Shown in pieces: positions 1 to 9,556 of a DNA stretch of 64,000 bases. The position numbers were made by a program, and so were the translations under genes. Source of the DNA: Octopus sinensis (taxonomy: Eukaryota); assembly GCF_006345805.1 (NCBI RefSeq), contig NC_043005.1, positions 68,262,001-68,326,000 on the forward strand, read 5' to 3'. The notes under the pieces were generated by a model. It was not told where the DNA came from. It searched no databases and was given only the letters and a program-made list of their open reading frames with translations. The stretch's first letter is position 1; every line of letters begins with the position of its first letter.

Positions 1-376
1 TGTACGTACAAAAAAAAACAACAACAACAAAACGTTATATTTTATTATTTTTTGTTATTTCTATCAAATTCTTATACAGGTTTTCACAAGGCACACACTT
101 TCCTTTGTGGTTGTAGCAGTGATTCGAAACCGAACCGCTAGGTAATCGGTCATACATTACGACCGAACGACAATAATTTTACGTGGTGGGTTTTTTTAAG
201 CAACGAAGCAGCGTCAACCCATCGCGTAAGTCAATCTTCTAGAATCTTTTGCTTACGCCCTATAAAAAGCCACGTTTGGTACTAACACCCTTTGCTGATA
301 ACTGAGAGTGGGTGACCCATTCACACGTCTCGTCTCTTGACATGCACAATGTTGAGGTAGCTGCACGATGTGTCTT

Positions 377-440
377 CATTTTCGCCACGAACATAGCACA
401 AATGTTTCCATTTTCGCCACGAACATAGCACAAATGTTTT
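377..440. repeat. 32-bp tandem duplication
   Basis: cattttcgccacgaacatagcacaaatgttt(c/t) occurs at 377-408 and 409-440. Confidence 0.9.
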
Positions 441-1619
441 CATTTAAACTCCTAGCTCTATATTTCACCCAGGATGTAATTATTGTTGTCATTTATAAAA
501 GACCAACACAAGTTAAACTTTATGTGCAATAAAATCTCCTGTTAATTGTTCGTGGGTGTTGCCAGTTACATTTATTCATTTTTATTAACTTCATTCGCCA
601 TAGAAGCAGTACAGAGATGGGTAGCTTTGCGGGTTGGACAAGACATTGATGAGGCGAATGATAATAATACAAGATGATAAGGATGGGAGAAGACAGAAAG
701 CGCCCGCCGACCCCCTGCTTCCTAAAACATTGTTCTTTAAAAACACATATACAGAGATATTAACCCTCTTACAATTTAAAATACAATATATTTGGACTCA
801 AAAGTCCACACAAATACAAAACATAATTTATACACAAGTTCGAGGCGATAAACCTCTACAATCCCTCCCCGAGCAATTTTCTTGCGACTTGCAGGCATTC
901 CTGCAACCGCAACCGCAACCCGGGGCTCCCAAACAGAATTCTATAATTCTCGTTTTCACACGAGTCAATTATAAGATCACAGTATTTTCTTTCCAGCACC
1001 AGAGCAGCCACCTGCGAAGGCCACTCGGCTGTCAATACAAGTCGGGTCCCTCAGGATCCGACTATACATATCATTCTTCACGAAACTGTCAATGGCCCCT
1101 CCCCTGAGATAGAAGAACATATATTCTTCACCACTTTCACTGGGAGGGGCTTCAACTCCCTCGCTCGGTGGCACACATCCCATTGATGAAGTTATCTTCT
1201 CCCACCCCTTCCGGTTGCACACATTCCACCGAAGGGGTTTCGGGACATGCCGCCGCCGGCAGTGCCCCTTTTTCTTTTTTTTTCTTTTTTCCTTTGCCAG
1301 TTACTTTTTCACACAGCCTGTGTAACACATTTTCATTTATCACTTCAATCACTCATCACCTCAGACCAGACGACATAACAACCCTCGCGACATGACTCTT
1401 GTTCCCGACGGTAATCAATTTTCTGCTGATATACTTGAGTTTGATTTTGTTATTATTTCTTTCGTTTGTTTTACTTGAACTAAATCTATTTTTGGGGAGT
1501 TATGTTTTCCAAGTTCATAATTTGAATGTATTCTTTTTTAAAAATTTCTATTGCACGTATTTTTCATCATATCATTCTTTCATTTTAGCCTACTTTTCGC
1601 ATGCTTGTGGTGTGACAAT

Positions 1620-1768
1620 GTGGTGATAAGTTTGCTTCTCAAACACTTCCGAGTTCAGTCCAGCTGCGTGGCTTCTTGACTAAGTGTCTTCTATGATAGC
1701 TTCGGATCGACCAAAGATTTGTGAGTGGATTTGGTAGGCAGAAACTAAAAGAAACCCGTCGTATAATA
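1620..1768 (+). mobile_element. SINE family A, 5' half, diverged
   Basis: Matches other copies (gttcagtcc B-box-like motif, aagtgtcttcta, gtgagtggatttggtag..gaaact..aagaa.cccgtcgtata) and runs into a (TACA)/(TA)/(CA) tract. Confidence 0.75.
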
Positions 1769-1858
1769 CATACATACATACATACTACATACATACATAC
1801 ATACATACATACATACATGCATGCATATGTATGTATATATACATACATATATATACAC

Positions 1859-1988
<130 letters not shown>

Positions 1989-1990
1989 CT

Positions 1991-2445
1991 CCAACACAGA
2001 AGCCGACAGTAAAAAAATGTGGAAGACCCAATTGCGGGATATGCGATTATCTAATTGAGGGATCAGAGTTCTCCTTCAAACAGGGACAACGGTTTACAGT
2101 GAAAAGCAACTTCACATGTGCTTCGAAGAACCTGGTATACACACTAACCTGCTCTGTGTGTCAAGAGCAATACATAGGTCAAACAAAAATAGTTTGCGTA
2201 AAAGAATGGCCCTGCACAGATCCCAGATAAAAATTCCCCAAAACAGAAAAATAGCATTCAGCCAACACATAGATATTTGCCTCAACAAGAAAACACCAAA
2301 CTTCAGGATTTTCCCCCTCTGCCAATTCAGGGACGATACAACCTCGAGCCAACGAAGAAGTAAAGAAACTCTCTTTATTACAAAATACAGGTCCCTTCTG
2401 AACGGGTCTACGACAAACGATAAATCCACCTCGGCTTTAGAATAA
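1991..2445 (+). pseudogene. Penelope-like element GIY-YIG endonuclease C-terminus, one frameshift
   Basis: Frame from 1991 reads [21 protein letters not shown]...FTCASKNLVYTLTCSVCQEQYIGQT. After a frameshift near 2185 it continues NSLRKRMALHRSQI...FSQH...KETLFITKYRSLLN. The Cys-rich GIY-YIG layout (VY...YIG, R...H, E, N) is typical of PLEs. Confidence 0.88.
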
Positions 2446-2569
2446 CACAAATACACACGCAAATATTACATTCCTAAGAATCCATTAAAAATCGGCCCCA
2501 ATCACAGCTATAACCCATAACGTGCCAACTTTAAGTCATACAACACCTCACTAGTTCCACTCATTCATA

Positions 2570-2810
2570 TTCTCCCTTCTCTTTCTTCTTCTTCTTCTTC
2601 TTCTTCTTTTTCTTCTTCTTCTTCATCTTCATCATCATCACTATCATCATCGTCATCAGCATCATCATCACCATCATCCTCTTCTTCTTCATCATCATTA
2701 TCATCATCATCGTCATCATCATCATCGTCATCATCATCATCACCATCTTCTTCTTCTTCTTTTTCTTCTTCTTCTTCTTCTTCTTCTTCTCCTCCTTCTA
2801 CTTCCTAACT
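2570..2810. repeat. Compound (CTT)n/(CAT)n microsatellite
   Basis: Direct inspection. Confidence 0.95.
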
Positions 2811-3147
2811 TTATCACTAATGCTTTTTAGTATAACACCTACGCAAATTCTATAAACAAACCTTTCAATAGAAATATTCTCATGAATTGAACAGCAACTG
2901 CTAGCCGCCACTGACCACTCAAAATACGACAATCAAGGCACTCCCAAATTTTTCCCTCCCCCTTCTCATGCTTCTTCTTCTTCTTCCCTACCAAGAATTC
3001 ACAACGACCTCGAACCCACAAGTGTAAACAAGAGAGACAGAGAAAGGCAGAAACAAGGAAAATGCCACTTATATTTGAACACTATACAAATATTCTTTTA
3101 AAAAAACTTTTCTTTTAATTTTTCTAAATTTAATTATTTAATCGTTA

Positions 3148-3185
3148 CAGTTGAAAAGGTCTCAAAATGACTGAAACCGGTACTG
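3148..3185 (+). ncRNA. Minimal type-I hammerhead ribozyme, U3-A8 core variant
   Basis: CAG-[UUGAAAA]-GGUC-ucaaaau-GACU-GAA-ACCGGU-A-CUG. Stem I CAG/CUG, palindromic stem III, predicted GUA cleavage site. Lies about 700 bp downstream of the PLE GIY-YIG fragment on the same strand. Confidence 0.65.
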
Positions 3186-3326
3186 AAATGGTCTTTATAA
3201 AATTATTTTAGCATTTTCTATCTTGACTTGTTTTTTCATATATATCAACTTGTGTGTTCCTTTTCATCCTTATACATACATATATATATATATAAATAAG
3301 CATAAGCAACAGGATATCCAGAGGTG

Positions 3327-3414
3327 ATGCAGTACGGCCGTTTCAAGCGACTCCATTTAATTGAGCAATGCAATCATTACATCAATTTAAATGCCGAACT
3401 ATCCTCAGCTGCAT
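3327..3414 (-). ncRNA. Type-I hammerhead ribozyme with long stem II and canonical core
   Basis: Minus strand reads AUGCAG-[CUGAGGA]-long hairpin (CAUUUAAAUUGA/UCAAUUAAAUG)-GAA-ACGGCCGU-A-CUGCAU. Stem I is a perfect 6 bp and stem III is palindromic. Confidence 0.85.
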
Positions 3415-3777
3415 AAATAAATGAATAGAATTTATTTAATCAGTCGGACATATTTGTATAATTTTAATTAAATCCTCTAAGACGGTAAGAAGACAAAGTC
3501 CATGCTGTTTTCACTTCGGCTTAGAAGCTTCTAAAGCATCAGGAAAAAAAGTTAGTTAGGGTCATAGCTTGTCACTGATTTTGGTTCAGTCTTAATTTAT
3601 TAGTCATGTTTATCAAATCTTTGTATATTCAAATCTAAGACTAAAGAATAGTATCTGTTAGGAAAGAGCATGAGGGAATTGACAGAATCATTATGGGTAT
3701 AGTCATAAAACTTGTCAAGATTATTTTGAAGTAGTATAAAATAACTGGCTATAATGAGGTTGGGTAATGGAAGACCT

Positions 3778-3912
3778 ATTGATTTGCAATTTGTGCAAAA
3801 GAGACCGATGGAGTAAGTACTAGGCTTAAAAAAATAAGTACTGCTGTCGATAATTCGACTAAAATTTCAAGGTGGTGTCCCAGTATGGCTGTAGTCAAAT
3901 GACTGAAACAAG

Positions 3913-3915
<3 letters not shown>
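3778..3915 (+). mobile_element. SINE family A, 3' half, diverged
   Basis: gcaaaagagaccgat..aagtactaggctt...gtagtcaaatgactgaaacaagt matches the family A tail. Confidence 0.7.
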
Positions 3916-3962
<47 letters not shown>

Positions 3963-3973
3963 TATATACATTT

Positions 3974-4183
3974 AAAAAAAACACCTTTTATCAATTCAAT
4001 AATAAAAAATTAAATTATACCATTTAGAAATTTGCAAAATAATAAAAAAATATATTATTTATTTTTTGTACATTACTTAATCGTTATATGTTTTATCTTA
4101 TATTTAATCTTTCTATAATATGTAATTTTTCTAAATGGTATAATTTAATTCTTCATTATTGAATTGATAAAAGGAGTTTTTTT
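3974..4183. mobile_element. Foldback/MITE-like element with ~56-bp inverted repeats, between (TA)n tracts
   Basis: 3974-4030 (aaaaaaacaccttttatcaattcaataataaaaaattaaattataccatttagaaa) is the reverse complement of 4128-4183 with about 3 mismatches. Confidence 0.75.
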
Positions 4184-4184
4184 C

Positions 4185-4249
<65 letters not shown>

Positions 4250-4251
<2 letters not shown>

Positions 4252-4455
4252 CGGGAAGCTTTATGAAAATAAACAAAAGACGAAGGCAGGTGGAATACAA
4301 ACAAACAATTGTATTAGTATGGCGCTCAGGAATATAAATAAAACAAGTCTTTTACGTTTCGAGCCTACGCTCTTCAACAGAAAGATACACAGAAAAGAAA
4401 CAAGGAGAGAAAAAAATGCGTGCAGAAGCTAGCGAATCAACATGGCGATCTCATA
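4250..4455 (-). mobile_element. ~200-bp hammerhead-bearing short element in a (TA)n context
   Basis: Colinear similarity with 55337-55540 and 51806-51960. Hammerhead at 4347-4386: UCUUU-CUGUUGA-A-GAGC-guag-GCUC-GAA-ACGU-A-AAAGA. Confidence 0.8.
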
Positions 4456-4537
4456 TATTATATATTATATTTTGTGAAATTTGAATTAGTATTTCTAAAT
4501 TGAATTTTTCCCTGTAAGTTTAGAATAATATTCCCTC

Positions 4538-4576
<39 letters not shown>

Positions 4577-5266
4577 ATACACTCTAGTTTCCTAATATCT
4601 AAAGCTACTTCTAGATGAGGGCTATTTATTAGTTAGATATTATTTATCGTTATTATAACGATGACTTCTTTTTTCATCTCGAGAGCATTTGTGATCTTTC
4701 TGTTTTATGTGTTAGAATAGAGAAGGAAAGTCCGAGTTCCGTTGAAGTGAATTCTCTTAACGCGGAGGTCATCTGTACCTTTCATCCTTTAAGAGATCAA
4801 TAAAAATAAATACCAAAATAATGGAGTCGATGATACTGAATAAAACCTTTGAAGGTATTGCTCCAGTATGACCGTTGTCCAATGACGGAAGCTGACTAAT
4901 TGAATAAAATAATAAAATTGCTTTGTTTGGGGGCTTAATGTGTCTGATGATGTGATTTGTGCTGTGTGGTGGACGAAAAGCAGTTAGTTCTAATGTTAGC
5001 AAATACATAATTTATATAAGGTAAAAAAGTAATAACATTTAAAAACAGTTTTTGCAATGCTCTATATAGGTATTCCTCGACATTTGCGTCTCGTTTTTGC
5101 GTTTTTATTATTGTATTGGTGTTAATGGATATTTTTTTTTGTTTTAGAGCTGTGAGATAGCGATGGCTGTCGTTATTTAGCACGTCGTTGCTTTCAACAG
5201 AACAGTGCTACGTACTACTGTTGTTACTGCTATGCTACTGCAACAGCCGTAAGAAGAAGAAGAAGA

Positions 5267-5305
<39 letters not shown>

Positions 5306-5419
5306 GCCACCACTACCACTACTTCTACTACTACAAGTATTACTAGTACTACTGTTGTGTTGTGTCAAAAGTTTTGCAATATTTTGGTAACTTATTTACT
5401 TTATTCATATTCTTATTTC

Positions 5420-5550
5420 GAACACAAGATGATCTCTGTGTCCAGAGGAACTATGAAGGGATAATTCACTACGAGTTTTGTTCTGGACAGTCGAACCATC
5501 GAGGCCAATCTATACTCCGAACAACTGGTGCGTATGTATGCCATTGTGCT
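5420..5550 (+). pseudogene. mariner transposase fragment
   Basis: LCVQRNYEGIIHYEF, then TIEANLYSEQLVRMYAI in a shifted frame. Resembles the mariner motif MLCVWWDxxGIIHYEL...TINxxxYCQQL. Confidence 0.7.
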
Positions 5551-5560
5551 ACATCATCAA

Positions 5561-5722
5561 CCTATTTCATTACTACCCACAAGGAGCTAAACACAGAGGG
5601 AACAAACAAGGACAGACAGACGGATTAAGTCGAATATATCGACTCCGAAAGGATGAAAGGCAAGGTCAACCTCGGCGGAATTTGAACTCAGAACGTATCG
5701 GCAGACGAAATACGGCTACGCA
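5561..5722 (-). mobile_element. SINE family B, internally deleted
   Basis: Reverse complement of family B (gttctgagttcaaattccgccgagg..gcctttcatcctttcgg..gtccttgtttg). Confidence 0.8.
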
Positions 5723-5873
5723 TAAGAGGAGGTGGAAGCTTCAGTGAAGGACAAGGACTAGGATCAGAGTGGGATCAAAGAACTAATAGAAAGTTGGTTT
5801 TAGACGGCGCAACACGATGGCCTCTACTTTGAATGCTTGGCTGCTTTTCTTGCAACCTGACGAATAAAGCAAA

Positions 5874-6113
5874 TACTCTTTTACTTGTTTCAGTCTTTTG
5901 ACTGTGGCCAAGCTGGAGCACCACCTTTAGCCGAGCAAATCGACCCTAAATCTTTGTAAGCCTAGTACTTATTCTATCGTTCTCTTTTGCAGAACCACTA
6001 AGTTACGGGGACGTAAACACACTAGCATCGGTTGTCAAGCGATGTTGGGGGGACAAACACAGATACACAAACACACACGCACATACATATATATATATAT
6101 ATTTGTATATATA

Positions 6114-6162
<49 letters not shown>

Positions 6163-6653
6163 TTATATATATATTTATGTATGTATATATACACACACAC
6201 ACACACATATATATATACATATATGTGGAGGCGCATGACTTTGTGGTTAGGGTGTCAGTATCATGATCGTAAGATTGTGGTTTCGATTCCTGGACCGAGC
6301 GACGCGTTGTGTTCTTGAGCAAAGCACTTCATTTCACGTTGCTCCAGTCCACTCAGCTGGCAAAAATGAGTAACGCTGCGATGGATTGGTGCCCCGTCCA
6401 GGTGGGGAACACGTACGCCATTGAAACCGGGAAAACGGACTCATGAGCCTAGCTAGGCTTTGAAAGGTCGCATTTATTTATTATTATTATATACATATAT
6501 ACGACGGGTTTCTTTCAGTTTCCGTCTGCCAAATCCACTCACAAGGCTTTGGTCGGCCCGAAGCTATAGTAGAAGAAACTTGCCCAAGGTGTCACGCAGT
6601 TGGACTGAACCCGGAACCATGTGGTTCGTAAGCAAGCTACTTACCACACAGCC
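5874..6653 (-). mobile_element. SINE family A, full length, with SINE C nested in its internal (TA)n
   Basis: Head at 6653 (gctgtgtggtaagtagcttgctt on the minus strand), tail at 5874. The internal microsatellite is interrupted by 6226-6475. Confidence 0.85.
6226..6475 (+). mobile_element. SINE family C (tRNA head plus a Meta-domain-like core)
   Basis: ggcgcatgactttgtggttaggg...ggtttcgattcc, then gtgttcttgagcaaagcacttcatttcacgttgctccag. The tail is shared with family D. Confidence 0.8.
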
Positions 6654-6714
6654 AGTAAAATGTTGTAAAATGACATCAGTAACACAGTAAGAGTTATTAT
6701 TTCTATCCCTTGGA

Positions 6715-6979
6715 CTTAATGTCACAACCAGAATAACTTGTGTTACGATGTAACATTAAACTTGTAACATACATTAATCTCATAACCAGAATACTTATGT
6801 TATTACTGTAACCATTAGGCGTAAGAGTGGCTGTGTGGTAAGTAGCTTGCTTACCAACCACATGGTTCTGTGTTCAGTCCCACTGCGTGACACCTTGGGC
6901 AAGTGTCTTCTACTATAGACTCGGGCCGATCAAAGCCTTGTGACTGGATTTGGTAGACGGAAACTGAAAGAAGCCCGTC

Positions 6980-7023
<44 letters not shown>

Positions 7024-7620
7024 GTGTGTGTATATGTTTGTGTGTCTGTGTTTGTCCCCCCCAACATCACTTGACAACCGATGCTGGTGTGTTTACGTCC
7101 CCGTAACTTAGCGGTCCTGCAAAAGAGAACGATAGAATAAGTACTAGGCTTACAAAGAATAAGTCCTGGGGTCGATTTACTCGACTAAAGGCGGTGCTCC
7201 AGCATGGCCGCAGTCAAATGACTGAAACGAGTTTTTACTCTTTTACTTGTTTCAGTCATTTGACTGCGGCCATGCTGGAGTAAAAGAGAGTAAAAAAAAA
7301 TTAACATTAGTGTGACAGGCTAGAATTATCTCTTTTGTCACAACAGCATGCAACATCAATGTTGCTACCAGATATCACAACTAAAACCAGCTGTTATCAC
7401 TATAACCAGTGAACATTAACCTTACAACTAGAGTTACCTCTACTATCACTTCATTTGTACCATTGGTATCACAACCAAATTTATTTCTGTTATCACTACA
7501 ACCACTAATATTTTTGTCAGAACCAGAATTAACTGTCATATTAACACAATTAGTATAACAACCAAATTAACTTCTGTTATCACAACAATCAATAACATAA
7601 GTGTCGCAACTAGAATTACT
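6715..7620. repeat. Degenerate minisatellite (cacaaccagaattaac..tgttatcac-like units), interrupted by SINE A
   Basis: Recurrent acaaccaga(a)ttaac / tgttatcac motifs in 6715-6815 and 7300-7620. Confidence 0.5.
6818..7231 (+). mobile_element. SINE family A, full length (tRNA-derived, CORE-like accttgggcaagtgtctt, internal (TA)n)
   Basis: A-box-like gtggctgtgtggtaag, B-box-like gttcagtccc, tail gcagtcaaatgactgaaac. At least 10 copies in the window. Confidence 0.9.
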
Positions 7621-7622
7621 CC

Positions 7623-7838
7623 AAGGCGGCGAGCTGGCAGAATCGTTAACACGCCGGGCGAAATGCGTAGCCGTATTTCGTCTGCCTCTACGTTCTGAGT
7701 TCAAATTCCGCCGAGGTCGACTTTGACTTTCATCCTTTCAGGGTCGATAAATTATGTACCAGTTGCGCACTGGGGTCGATGTAATCAACTTAATCCGTTT
7801 GTCTGTCCTTGTTTGTCCCCTTTATGTTTAGAAACATA
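7623..7838 (+). mobile_element. SINE family B with 13-bp TSD
   Basis: Head ggcggcgagctggcagaa; Nin/Deu-domain-like core gactttcatcctttcagggtcgataaatta.gtaccag. TSD aactagaattact at 7608-7620 and 7839-7851. Confidence 0.88.
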
Positions 7839-8029
7839 AACTAGAATTACTGATGTTATCTCTAATTGGCACTCTGCCGGTTACGACGGTGAGTGTTTCA
7901 CTAGCTCCGATGAAATTAACGTGCAAGTGGCCAAGCATCCCATAAATACGCGTACCCTTTTCTCAGAGATTCAGCGTGATACAAAATGTGACAAGAAACT
8001 TGCTCTTGAATTAACAAGTACAATTCATT

Positions 8030-9412
8030 TCTTATTTCTTTATTGCCCACAAGGGGCTAAACATAGAGGGGACAAACAAGTTCAGACAAAGGGATTAAGT
8101 CGATTACATCGACCCCGGTGCGTAACTGGCACTTAATTTATCAAACCTGAAAGGATAAAAGGCGAAGTCGACCTCGGCGGAATTTGAACTCAGAACGTAA
8201 CAGCAGACGAAATACCACTAAGTATTTCGCCCGGCGTGCTAACGTTTCTTATTTCTTTATTGCCCACAAGGGGTTAAATATAGAGGGGACAAACAAAGGG
8301 ATTAAGTCAGTTACATCGACCCTAGTGCGTAACTGGTAGTTAATTTATCGACCCCGAAAGGATGAAAAGCAAAGTCGACCACGGCGGAATTTGAACTCAG
8401 AACGTAAAGACAGACGAAATACCTATTTCTTTACTACCCACAAGGGGCTAAACACAGAGAGGACAAACAAGGACAGACAAACGGATTAAGTCAATTATAC
8501 CGACCCCAGTGCGTAACTGGTACTTATTTAATCGAACCCGAAAAGATGAAAGGCAAAGTCGACTTCGGCGGAATTTGAACTCAGAACGTAAAGACAGACG
8601 AAATACCTATTTCTTTACTACCCGCAAGGGCTAAACACAGAGAGAACAAACAAGGACAGACAAACGAATTAAGTTGATTATACCGACCTCAGTGCGTAAC
8701 TGGTACTTATTTAATCGACCCCGAAAGGATGAAAGGCAAAGTCGACCTCGGCAGAATTTGAACTGACAACGTAGCGGCAGACAAAATATCGCTAAGCATT
8801 TCGCCCGGCGTGCTAACGTTTCTTATTTCTTTATTGCCCACAAGGGGTTAAATATAGAGGGGACAAACAAAGGGATTAAGTCAGTTACATCGACCCTAGT
8901 GCGTAACTGGTAGTTAATTTATCGACCCCGAAAGGATGAAAAGCAAAGTCGACCACGGCGGAATTTGAACTCAGAACGTAAAGACAGACGAAATACCTAT
9001 TTCTTTACTACCCACAAGGGGCTAAACACAGAGAGGACAAACAAGGACAGACAAACGGATTAAGTCAATTATACCGACCCCAGTGCGTAACTGGTACTTA
9101 TTTAATCGAACCCGAAAAGATGAAAGGCAAAGTCGACTTCGGCGGAATTTGAACTCAGAACGTAAAGACAGACGAAATACCTATTTCTTTACTACCCGCA
9201 AGGGCTAAACACAGAGAGAACAAACAAGGACAGACAAACGAATTAAGTTGATTATACCGACCTCAGTGCGTAACTGGTACTTATTTAATCGACCCCGAAA
9301 GGATGAAAGGCAAAGTCGACCTCGGCAGAATTTGAACTGACAACGTAGCGGCAGACAAAATATCGCTAAGCATTTCGCCCGGCGTGCTAACGTTTCTGCC
9401 AGCTCGCCGCCT
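8030..9412 (-). repeat. Tandem array of seven SINE-B-derived units with a 574-bp higher-order duplication
   Basis: Units of ~176-218 bp. Anchors gggttaaata (8271/8845) and gacaacgtagcggcag (8765/9339) both recur at +574. Confidence 0.9.
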
Positions 9413-9414
9413 TC

Positions 9415-9556
9415 AATTCATTTCTGCCATCTGAAAGGACTGGAGCAACAGGAAATTAAGTATCTTGCTCATGGACACAGCTTGCCGTCGGGAATCGAAC
9501 TCACGACCTTACGATCGTGGGCCGAATTCTTTAATCACCAAGCAACGCGCCTTCGC
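9415..9556 (-). mobile_element. SINE family C-type head fragment
   Basis: Reverse complement gives gaaggcgcgttgcttggtgattaa...ggtcgtgagttcgattccc...gtgtccatgagcaagatac. Confidence 0.65.

Noticed and set aside
255-300. TATA-like CTATAAAAAG
   Set aside because: No associated transcript or gene evidence; such motifs are frequent in AT-rich DNA.
977-1222. Minus-strand ORF ending RVAFAGGCSGAGKK, resembling a Walker A motif
   Set aside because: Lacks the S/T after GK, stops two codons later, and has no downstream ATPase motifs. Likely chance or an unidentifiable decayed TE.
8030-9412. Regularly repeated units superficially like a CRISPR array
   Set aside because: Units are 176-218 bp SINE copies with no unique spacers, in eukaryotic DNA with no cas genes.
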